DNA of 64,000 bases from Acanthaster planci (Eukaryota). Below, in pieces: positions 53,631-64,000 of this stretch. The notes beneath the pieces are model-generated. The model worked only from the letters and a program-made list of their open reading frames with translations. It did not search any database and was not told the DNA's origin. Numbering within the stretch: position 1 is the first letter of the stretch; every line of letters begins with the position of its first letter. The position numbers and the translations under genes were made by a program. The stretch is taken from positions 682,001-746,000 of the forward strand of contig NW_019091361.1 in the NCBI RefSeq assembly GCF_001949145.1, written 5' to 3'.

Positions 53631-54346
53631 TGGAAGCCATACAACTCAAAACACCATATAGCCATGACCACACCCCAAAGACACCATTTATAGCCAAATA
53701 TCTAAAGAGTGTTCAATTGCTCATGGAAACACTGCTTTTTTTCTCCTTTTTTTAAAACACAAATCAACAAACGAATCAAATGAGAGAACTGACCAGGCGC
53801 TTACATCATTAATTATAAAGACAAACACAGTAATTTTGTTTTCTTCTTTGCAACATGTGTTTTATATTAAATATTAATCTTCACATTTTAATAAATGCTC
53901 GGTTATCATTCTCCGATTCTGGTACAAAGTAAAAACATGGCCATTCTGTTGCATTACAAGAGCGCACAGGTACCATCCAGTGTGGATAACAAACACTGCT
54001 AAGGTTGACTCAAACTCAGAACTTTCTATACTGCTACATGTACTTCAGACATTCCAACTATTTCTGACAGAAGAGGAGAAATCTTCACCTTTTTAACCTT
54101 CACTTCCATGGATGGGGTAATGCCATCTTGCACAGACTTTTCTTGCATTAGACACACTCAGGGTACTTAAGAGAAAGGACAAACATGCCTTCATTTCCCT
54201 TAGTTCTCAACTAATGTTAGATTTGGAAATCAGCAATTCTGAAGAGGACCTAATAAGGACAAATGTATACATACCAGTTCATGTATGTACAAATATGCAA
54301 TATTTTAACCAAGTTCACTCAACAATGAACAGAATACAAGTCACAG

Positions 54347-54404
54347 TATATGTACATGTAGACCCACCTACATGTACATGTAGACCCACCTACATGTACA
54401 TGTA
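54347..54404. repeat. 22-bp tandem repeat, about 2.6 copies
   Basis: TACATGTACATGTAGACCCACC units. Confidence 0.9.
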
Positions 54405-55949
54405 GGTTCCACATTTACAGGGCTAACTTCAGAATTCCCCAGACTCCCAGCATCAAATTAGCAAAACCCTTAACACATCAAATGAGGAACAGGAAATGGT
54501 GACTGATCACTAATATAATATAGTGTCCTCAGAGACATTTCTTGTAAATTCTATGGACTGTGAGTTAAAGTCCAGCAATCACAGGGGGTCTCCTTCTTTT
54601 TTAACCCTTCACCCCTTTTTATGCAAAAACGGCAGGATTTGGAACTGTTGCTAATAGGACTAAACAAGTCTTTTTCTGATTGTTTCCGCCATGGAGCAGT
54701 GACCCAAGAAAGGAAAAATAGTCGTAAGAATGTTGTGATACAGTCATGGGTAGAACGCAAGTTGCACATTATCACTACCCACATGCAGGTGTATTTCTCC
54801 TTCATCTTTGTCCTTTTCCTCTTAGTGAACAACAAACTAAGGAGCTTTTCCCCAAGATTTCATTTTACATTTATATCAAACATTTTTCTCAGTTCAACAA
54901 AGGGAGGACACAACCACATGTCAGGGTGCATGTACAGTGTATGTGTATTCATTATGCACCATGCAATACTTGTAATTTGTATAAATAAAGCATGCTGTGA
55001 ATTTTAAACAGGTATTAATTAACACCCTTTAGATAAATAATTAAACGAGTAACCCCTTCCCTTACTCTACTAATATCCAGGCATGATGCTCTTAAAGGAC
55101 AAGTTAAATAAATAACAAAGGTCTGTCGAAAGAAATGACCTATAAATGTAAGCTTCAGGCACAATTAAATATTTCTGTTTGCTTTTTTTGATCATTAGGT
55201 ACTGATAGCATTCCTGGCTATTTCAATGAATTTTGAATATTTGAATTTGTCAAAGACAATTTTATGTACAATTAGACAAACCAACTTAGTCATTTGCACG
55301 TACATGGTACCATCCAATTTTAAAGTTACATGTACATCAACAAATTTGAACACCGTGTTCAGAAAACTAGTCTAAGCTGTTTCTGCATAGCAAACTTGAC
55401 TTGTATAGGTACAGTATCAATCACTTTCAAACTTTCACAGAGTAGAGCCTGGTTTCCATACAGACACGAAGAGACAAAGAGAGCAACCCTGATCAGTTGC
55501 CGTCGATAAGCAAACACTTCATCCCAACCGATGCAAACAGGGACGGCGACAGTTGGCACAGTTGAAGTTGATTCAACTTTGCCAACTGTCAGTGTTGAGT
55601 CACTAGAGTAGGCCTATACAAACACGCATGCTGGCATGCCAGGCATATAACAATGTGCCTCTTGCTTAGTACCATTCATTTCGCCCATTTTCTCCTTTTT
55701 ACCAATATATGCTGCCCCAATTGTCAACAGAATAGCTGACCATAAGCAAAATAAATCAAACTGGAGTATCAGTTTGGCTTCGCTAACAAAGGCATTTTAT
55801 GCCAACATTTCCTCCCCCTACATTAAGTGTGGGTCTAGAGAATACCTACCCAAATGCCAAGAATACATGTTCACATATAAACAAGGAAGAGTGTATAAAT
55901 TTCAGAAATAGTGAACAAACTTCATAATAACTTGTCGTCCGTCCTACAG

Positions 55950-56420
55950 GAGGTCCCTTTGACCTCTGCGCTGCGGACAGGACTGTCCTGCCATTTGTGG
56001 TGTCACTCTGCAGGACATCCCTCAAGTTGCAGGAGGTAGAGGGCAACCTCCAACGTATGCAGCTTTGCAGGTGTCTGCAATGGAAACGTCTCGAGAGTAA
56101 GACCAAGATGCAAATACTGCTCTTACATCACATACCCTGATGTACTGTTGACTATGTTCATCAGAGCTTGACGGCCAGACTGGATTAGCAAATCTAATGA
56201 CAAAGCCCATCCAGCGGGCACGAGTGACTGATGCCGCTGGACAGTATGGTCTCATGACAGTGATAAGCGATGGGTTTATCGTCCCTCTCATGGTATCATT
56301 TTAGTCTGACTAAGTCAGGTACCACGTCGGGACACGAAGAGGGCATGAAAAGTTTATCCACATCGTCTTCAGTATGTAAGGAGAAGGAGAATGCAAAGAT
56401 ATCCTACGTTGTTGGACCCT
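55950..56420 (-). pseudogene. DIRS tyrosine recombinase C-terminal remnant
   Basis: AASVTRARWMGFVIRFA...IRVCDVRAVFASWSYSRDVSIADTCKAA, then after a frameshift WRLPST..LRDV...GRTVLSAAQ. This matches the DIRS YR pattern (S..TI.RW; AHxxRA..SWA..GVS..DIC.AA.W..ST F..Y..DV..FG..VL). The catalytic His and Tyr are lost. Confidence 0.85.
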
Positions 56421-59129
56421 GCCATGTAGATTGTCTGCAGGTCAACTGCATGATCCCTTATCCTTTCCCCTGATGTGGCTTTGGTTGACAGTGCCAAAGA
56501 AGAGGCAAGAAAGCCACAAGACTTACTTGAAGACAGAGATGGCATTATCATGCAGAACCCCTAGCATGACTGTAGTGAGGTCTGGACGGAAAGGAGAACT
56601 CTCTTTTCACATCCCAGGCATTTACCTAAGTAAGAGGGAAAGAAATGAAATACGTCAGACATAGAGACAAAGACTTCATGTAACCTAGATAAAGATGGTG
56701 TCAGTCTTTATTGAGCAAGGAGTTCTTAACGGAAGGCTTGCTTAATCGGATGCTTAAGTTGTCTTTAGCAGCAGTGCATAACACCGGAATGTGCGGAGGG
56801 GTGTTGAAGACGTTCATGCCAAATTGAAGGTAAGCCATGTCCTGTACCCAGCGTGGCCGCTGCCGCCCCAATTGTGACAGAAGACTTTGATCATTTTCAC
56901 GCACGCATGAATAATAAATGGCCAGCGTAGAGGAGTCATGACGTTTGTGACATGAATAACTCAAGAAGGAGCATCCATAGGAGCACACCCCGAGAAAAGA
57001 ACTCATCGTAGTACATGATGAACTTGACTGAAGGAAAATGCTAATTATTTCCGTTCCCGGAAAGGATCTCTGCAGACAAAAACCCACTTAAATATCCGAA
57101 ATCTTGCTGTGAATCAACAACTAAAAGCATTTATTTCAGAAACGGACAGGGGCTGACAAAATGCCCCTCTTTGTTTCGATCACGCTGGGCATCATCGGAA
57201 GAGAAGGCCTGGGATGCCATCACAACAATAGTCAGCTCACAGGGGGCCTAATTTTGACGGACCTTGTAACACGCCCACTTGAAGTAAACATGCGCTCGAT
57301 GATGTGCGGTACGGCAAGGCCGCACAACAGAATTTGTGGTCACATGGAACCACGTAAGTGGGGGCCACAGAATGGTCGTTCTGCAGATCACAGGGTTGTA
57401 CGTGGTGAGCTGCAGTGGAACCAGATTCGCACAACTTCTTACGGAGGGCCCCTTGGGAAAAATCCAGATTACGGGGTGCCAAGGGGAGTGTAAAAATGCC
57501 ATTGACTTAAAGATCGTTAGATTCGGATGTCTGGGGATGCGGAATGGAGAGACACAGCAGTAGGTCTGCACCATGATGGCAGAGCTAAAAAAGATAGGAA
57601 GACTGCTCAAGAAACACTATTTGCTCATTTTTGTCTGGGTGCCTGGTGACGTAGTCTCAAATGTCGGTAGGTTTAAGCCTGTAGCAGCAAGGTAAGGCGT
57701 GGATTCACTTCCAAGTGGCCTGAGCAGGCCTACTGATGCCGGCAAGAAACACCCCTAGAAGGCTGTGATGGAGACTCAGGATTGGGTCCACACACCGATG
57801 GCATATTCACCAGGGCAGCAATCCGGTAAGTTGGCCCAGAAAGTGCTACTGTCTGGATTACGTCTGGATGCCCACGCCACAGATATGTCAGAGGCTACAC
57901 GTAGGTGGCATCTGCGTGTTACAGCCACCTGGGTAAGTGGGGTCATGGCTCACGTTCCTCTGAGGAGGGAGCCCGATGGACTATCGCAATATATGCATCT
58001 GCGAAAACAGATGAGCATAGATAATACAAGGTCATATTTATGACCAGGAATTTTTTGTTGGTAAAGTACCAAGGACCTTGTTATCACAGTTTTCCACTGT
58101 AGTTGCCTTGGAGACATTCTTCCTAAAGGCCCGAGATAAAGGGAAGGTGACGAGGAGATGCACAGCGCGCATTAGCCGGATTAAAAGAAGGAGTGGTCCA
58201 GCAGGGCGAAGAGCCTACTTCATGCTTGGGAGCCCCGTTGCAAGAGTATCTGAAGACGTGGGGCGGTTGGCTGACTGGTACAGGCATGGTCGGTGTCTTC
58301 CTCCGGAAGGGAGGTTAACAGAGGATTGAAAATCTGGAACATATCATAGGGGTAAGGACGCCAATGAAATTGACGTCATGTTCAACCAAAGACATGGTCC
58401 CCTCTTGGACTGAAGTAAGGCCATGCTATAGTCAAGAGCCGAGGGTGTCCCATAGATTGGCGGGTGGTTAAGCAGAGGACAGTCAGGCTGGACCAGACTC
58501 AGACGCGTGCCAAGTTCTGGCTAGAGACTAGAATATCTCCACGCATGAACGATCAAGCTGGAGTTTTGGAAAAATTGGCTCGGAAGATTCCAGTCATGCC
58601 TTGTTGTTTAAACAAGCCGTGACTGATGTCCTCCTCTGGTGGAGCAGCTGACGGCAGGCGGAACATTTGAATCATGTCTCGCTGAAGAAGATGGAGGTGG
58701 CAATCGGACGGAGTGAAGGCAATGATGGAATGAACTTCGTCATCCTCGAAAGACAATGCTGGTTGTCTGGTCGGGAACAGGGCTGTGCCTCGTTCCGAGC
58801 CATGTGCAGTCCCTTGGGGAGCGGCCTGCTCCTGCGGGAGAATGCCCAGCTGGTGCAATTCCAGTGTGGAACCCTGTCCCATGTCATCATGGCTCACGGC
58901 CAGAGAGAGCGGAAGGGGCTGGTCTGCCAGAAACGGGTCCGGGGCATTGCAGGCTGGTGGCGGTCCAACGTCAAGGCGGCAAGCGATGGTGGTCAGAACT
59001 TCATGATGAACTGGAAGGCTGACCTCCGAGCCGCAGAGGTATGTTCGTGGTGGTCAAGGCGGTGCTACTTCTTGGGTTTCAGGGAATTCGATGAAGAAGA
59101 GGAGTGCTTGTGCTTACCAATGCCCGGTG

Positions 59130-59630
59130 GCAGGTGACCCAGTGGCAGAGGAAGCAGACAGGACAGCGGTAGGTGGAACACCCGGGCACATTCCCGGTCA
59201 AGGTCAACGGGAACTGCAGAATTCCGGGCAGAGGGACCAGGAGAATTGAGGTCTGATGACCTGGTGATGTCCAATCGAAAGCCCAAGCCACGGATGGGCT
59301 GCGGTGGCTTGAAGCTCAGGCGGCAGGCAGCCCAGTGGTGCAGGTGGCAGATGGGGCCACCAGAGGCAAAATCCCCGGGGTGCGTTCCCGGTTGAGGTCA
59401 ATGGGAACTGCAGAAGCAGGAGAAATGAGGTCTGATGACCCAGTGATGCCAAGTTGAAACCCCGAGCTGCAGTGGCTTGAAGCCCTGGTGGCGGGCAGCC
59501 TAAGGGTGGAGGTGACAGGTGGGGCTGCGGAATGCCAGAGAACGTTCCCAGTCAAGGTCAGCGGGAACTGCAGAATTCCAGGTAGAGGGACCAGGAGAAA
59601 TAAGGTCTGATAATCTGGTGATGCCCACTT
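59130..59630 (-). repeat. Three diverged tandem units (~160-195 bp) inside the DIRS gag-like region
   Basis: Anchor TTCCC(G/A)GT..AGGTCA..GGGAACTGCAGAA at 59191, 59385 and 59545, each followed by AGGAGAA..AGGTCTGAT. Confidence 0.85.
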
Positions 59631-62600
59631 GAAGCAGATGGGCTAAGAGGGTTTGAAGGAAGGCTCCGCTGGACCTGAAGAGGAATTAGCAGGTGCCAGG
59701 GTGACATGGCTCGATGGCGCAACAGGCAGGGTGGGCTCCGGCACTCACGGGGAGCCTGGCCCAGTGATTTCAGTATCTGGCAAGAGGGAGTACGCATGGG
59801 GGTGGTCAGAGAAATGGTCTTTTTTGCCGATGTCAAACGGCGGGTGGTACGCGCCGGGGGAACGCTGGCTGGAACGCCGCGTGGATTCCTCTGGGCCATG
59901 TCGGGTGAAGGACATGGCATACTTCACAATGATGGTAGGACGGGCCCAGGAGATGTCTGATAGGGTACTCTTTCTGGAGTCCCGGCTGGCTCGCCAGGCC
60001 AACAATTGACCAAGGAGACAGGGTAGTCGCCAGGTCCTGGCGGTGTCCCTGCTCGGGTCCACCACAGTCAACCATGGAGCTTCCCCATCAGCTCCAAGAG
60101 GCCGAACGAACCAGGGGCTTGGCCAGATCCTGGCTTGAACCCCCTGGATGACGGCAAGGCCTTTTCCTCATCCTGGTGGCCGGAGAAGACAGGGGAGTAT
60201 GACAGATCCTAACAGTGACCCCCTGAGTTCAACCAGCTAAGGCCTATGATTTATTGGTAGGGTAGACACAAGCATAGCTGAAACGAACCTTTTAGTACGA
60301 CGGCAAACAACCAGCAGGGGGCACATACAAGAAAAAATAAAGAAAAGAACATAAAATATACACTAGAAATAACTCTTACCACACAAAGTGTGAAAATCAA
60401 GGTAATACTTAATTCAAGAAGGAAGGATGGATGATCAAATCGACACAGTAGCAAAAACGGAAACTTGATTAATCGAAGATGCCTGGAAAGACACGTCCAT
60501 TACATTAAGGCACTGAGAAAGAATGAATGATCCTGGCAGCAAGGCCGCATTGCATTGCGGGAGGTCAGGGTGCACCACGGGCAATCAAATCTTTTCAGTG
60601 AATGAATAATAGCGCATGGGAAATTTGTACATGTGGCGACTGTTTGAGTAGGTAGAACCCTGTCCAGGTTTTAGATTTTGTTGGTGCAATGACATCATGC
60701 ACCATCTCTTCTGAAAGTGTCTTCATTTTTACATCTTGCATGCCATTGCCATTCATTACAATTGTCTGGAAACTACGCTTAGATTAGTCTCATGTGTGCT
60801 TAAGCATTTCCCTGTTTCCTTTGAAACAATTTGGCACAGGCAATTAACAACAATGATGAAGATTTTAACAAGACCCTCCAAACATACAGTTTTGTGTGTT
60901 TGTAAACAAATGTACATGTAGGTATGTTTCTAAACAAATGGCAAGAGTAAAAAAAAAGGACAATAGAAATGTATGAGGAAAAAATGTGGTGTCTCTCAAT
61001 ACTCGTTCCTTCTGTTCCTTTTGTGAGAACCATGAATGGGTCTACCATAGTTTCAAGAAACTAATTTGGAAAAAAGAAGAAGCAAACAAGGTATTCATAA
61101 ATTAGAAGAAGAATTATGAAAGAGATTGATACAGTACAAAAGTATCAGCGGCCATTATGCCTTTGTCGTTGTGCTCATGGTTTGAATTGAATTGCCTAAA
61201 GCCACTTCATACTTCAGGCAAATGCAAAAACAAAGCAACTTTGATGTCACGAAGAATTTGCAGCGAATTTCGCTCCAATTGAGATGCCGGGTATGTTCAA
61301 CTCTTGCAAATTTGCAAAGCGAATTTTTGATTTGATGTCACAAGTTCACATTTGTGTTCGCTTTCACACTGAGTATGAACCGGCCTCAACAGTTGAACTT
61401 CTTTCACAAAACACAAAATCAAACACTGGAAGTGCACAAAATTTGTTCCACTTGACAAATTTAAATGCACATTTGTATATTTCAATGACAAATGTTTTAA
61501 GACAGCCAGGAAAACAAAAATTAAAAGAAGCTGCTGCAAAATGCTTTGACTGAAGTCAGGAAGAGTGACTGGAATAACTTTTAAACTATCAGGCTGTAAA
61601 AATCACAAAGAGTATAACATTTTGATGTCATCTCTGTCAGAGAACAATTTTTTTCTCTCTTGTTACTTCTTCCCTTTTTCCCGATTTCCTCCTGGAAGTT
61701 AAGAGTGGCTGACATTCCAACCAGATATCCATCTTAAATGGCCACTGGCTAGTCACTAGTTTGACCAGTTTGAAGAATTCCCCCAAATGTCTTTTTTTTT
61801 TCAATTAAAACATCCTTCTATAAATTTTTAAACACATCATACAAAATTATTGCCTCCCAGAATGTTTTTGAGACATCTCACCAATTTAAGGCTGACTAAT
61901 TTGCATTAAAAATGTTTTTCACAATCACAGAAAAATGAAACTTGGACATTTTTCAAAAGGAAGACCTGCCTAACAACTGTGTCAATCATATTCCCCTACC
62001 AGTTGGATACCCTCCCTGACAACATCTCAAACAAGTGTTCCTAATATTTCTTTAAAGTAAACCCTATAAAAACCTCCAAATAAAATTCCCCCATAAATCT
62101 TCCATTTTGAAATCATGTTTTTGACGGCATTTGATCAATATGTATAATGCATAAGGTACAATACACACAGTGTGGTCAAACATAAATACATGATTTTTAA
62201 TCAAACCAAATGACTGCAAAAGCTGACATTTTGACCTGCCTGAACTGGGATCCTTCTGGATCTGCAAATGCTATTCCAGAATCTGATGAAAAAAGTAAAA
62301 GATACACAGAGGGCACAGCTGAAATGCCTCCCTCTGTTTTTCTTTCTTTTTAAAACAAGTACATACTTTTTTCTGTTCTCCACTAATTATTCAATGATGG
62401 TACAGACAGACAGTTACATCAACAGGTTGATCTGTTAATAAAAGAAATAAATTTACATTTACATTTCATCTCCATTTTGCATAGTCCCCACCCTTTTCAT
62501 AAATGCTCAGCAACACCCCCTTCCCTACAACTGCAAAAATACATGTACCAGTACAACCAAAGTGTCAATTTCGGAACTCTGTAAAGACAGAAAAGAACGT

Positions 62601-63429
62601 GCACAATTCATGCCAAGGTATAACTTACGGACAAAAGCTTCATCAACACAACATCCCTGAAGCCAGCACACGCTGTCGGAAAATTACAGTGGATATCAAA
62701 AACAGGGAAGCAACAATTGAACTGAATTCCGTCCAGGTTGTCCTATAGCCTCTCCAACAGATGTAAAAGTCCTCAGTAAGACAGGAATAAAAGACCCAAG
62801 TGATATGCCATTAGATTGAGATGGACTGTTCAAGTGTGTGCATTCTCTTGCTCGGTCAGCTATCCAGAACAGCGAGACCATGGATGACAGCCAATGATGA
62901 ACAACTCTAATCAGGAACTCTGCCCACGTGAAAATCACGGGTAAATGAATCAACCTCATTCACTGGAACACAAATGACGAGATGACTGCAGTATACAATA
63001 TGTACACTTCATCCATGTATGCACACATGTGTACGTTCTCAGACCAACAGAAGATTTCACATGCAGGTTTTCTACAGTACGTCCATGTACAGTATAGTCT
63101 GTACATGTAAATGTACAGTACATGTACATGTACGTATGTAGAACAATATGTGGTATCTTATCAAAGAGAGTTACTTCATACAAACACATGTACAATGTAC
63201 AGTACATATGTACAAGCATCAACATACGTGCTACACGTTTTTGATTCTCACGCACTCAGTTTTTTCTTTGGAGTGACGTGCGAGACACAAGTCTTCATGT
63301 CAAGTACAGGCTGCAATAGACTGCTTGCATACGCAAAATCATGTCACCTGTAGCCGGTATCAACCCTATAGCAAAGTGTGTTTTGAGTAAAGGTTGGATG
63401 TTTGCATGTTTAAACAAAAAAGTTCAAAA

Positions 63430-63735
63430 TCTGTTTACAGATTTTCCCAAACGTTTAAACAGAACCGCCCCTGCTAGAGGTTTGACGTTTTGATTGATGC
63501 AATCTGGCATTTATCTAAACGATGCATCCATGTACTTTTTGAGAAAAAAGCGGATTCTAAAACAATGCCCATTGCTTGTTTTAAATGCCCTAACATCAAT
63601 CTACAGTTTTACACAGGTTGGACCATTTGCATTGTTGAATTATATACTTATGGGTATGAAAACACCAAGGCAGGTGGAGGCCTCTGTAAAGTGTTGGCTA
63701 AACGTTTAAATGGTTGGGAAAATTTTTATAAACAA
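63430..63735. mobile_element. Probable decayed fold-back MITE
   Basis: TGTTTACAGATTTTCCCAA.. is loosely inverted as TTGGGAAAATTTTTATAAACA, and AAACGTTTAAA is present in both arms. Confidence 0.4.
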
Positions 63736-64000
63736 ACAACGAAGCCGATTTACGATATAGTATCAAGCACATCAGTAGTCTGAGTATGATACCTACCGTC
63801 GGCTTTATTTTTGGTAAATGATACTTAAGAAACACTTTGATTTTTGTGGACACCGTGTTTGTTGATATGGAATACCCACTATACGTCACGTGACTTAGCG
63901 GGCGCAATCAGTCTAGAGTGACATTGCAGTTGTCTTTTATTGCTGACGCAAGAGCAGCCTGGTCGAAGTCACAAACTTGCAACATGAAACCAAGTCATGT

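Larger units (their letters stand above)
55800..60600 (-). mobile_element. Degenerate DIRS1-like tyrosine-recombinase retrotransposon
   Basis: GC/CpG-rich block with the expected minus-strand domain order: gag-like N-terminal finger (LLGPSYHHCEVC, ~59.9 kb), RNase H remnants (VENCDN; YPGGCN/ADA, ~57.9-58.1 kb), methyltransferase-like remnant (ILWPPLTWF, ~57.36 kb) and tyrosine recombinase (~56-57 kb). A terminal stem CACTGAGAAAGA..TCTTTTCAGTG spans 60511-60600. RT core not recognised; boundaries approximate. Confidence 0.85.

Noticed and set aside
58667..59137. 156-aa plus-strand ORF and other plus ORFs in 57-60 kb
   Set aside because: Antisense shadows of the GC-rich DIRS coding region.
62477..62490. 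TTGCATAGTC, the 5' end of miR-153
   Set aside because: The match stops after 10 nt and no hairpin partner was seen.

Overview
AT-rich, CpG-depleted eukaryotic (metazoan) genomic DNA. A marine deuterostome, probably a sea star, is inferred from the repeat families and is not proven. There is no intact long ORF; almost all ORFs in the track are chance ORFs. The window appears to be mostly intron of one large, unidentified minus-strand gene. Candidate pieces are a 45-nt exon (35927-35971), a possible terminal exon (25872-25927) and three ATG-initiated, phase-2 alternative first exons (18691-18701, 16918-17021, 14481-14491). Mobile DNA includes a decayed ~4.8-kb DIRS-type tyrosine-recombinase retrotransposon (~55.8-60.6 kb), a THAP-domain relic (41544) possibly from a Kolobok-type transposon, tRNA-derived SINEs, and many hAT-, Harbinger- and TTAA-type MITEs. 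There is an assembly gap at 44043-44510. The most striking window-wide pattern is a family of TA-flanked motifs (TACATGTA, TACCGGTA, TAGGCCTA, TACAGTA), often chained through shared TAs, that look like accumulated Tc1/mariner excision footprints. All alignments and counts were done by eye.
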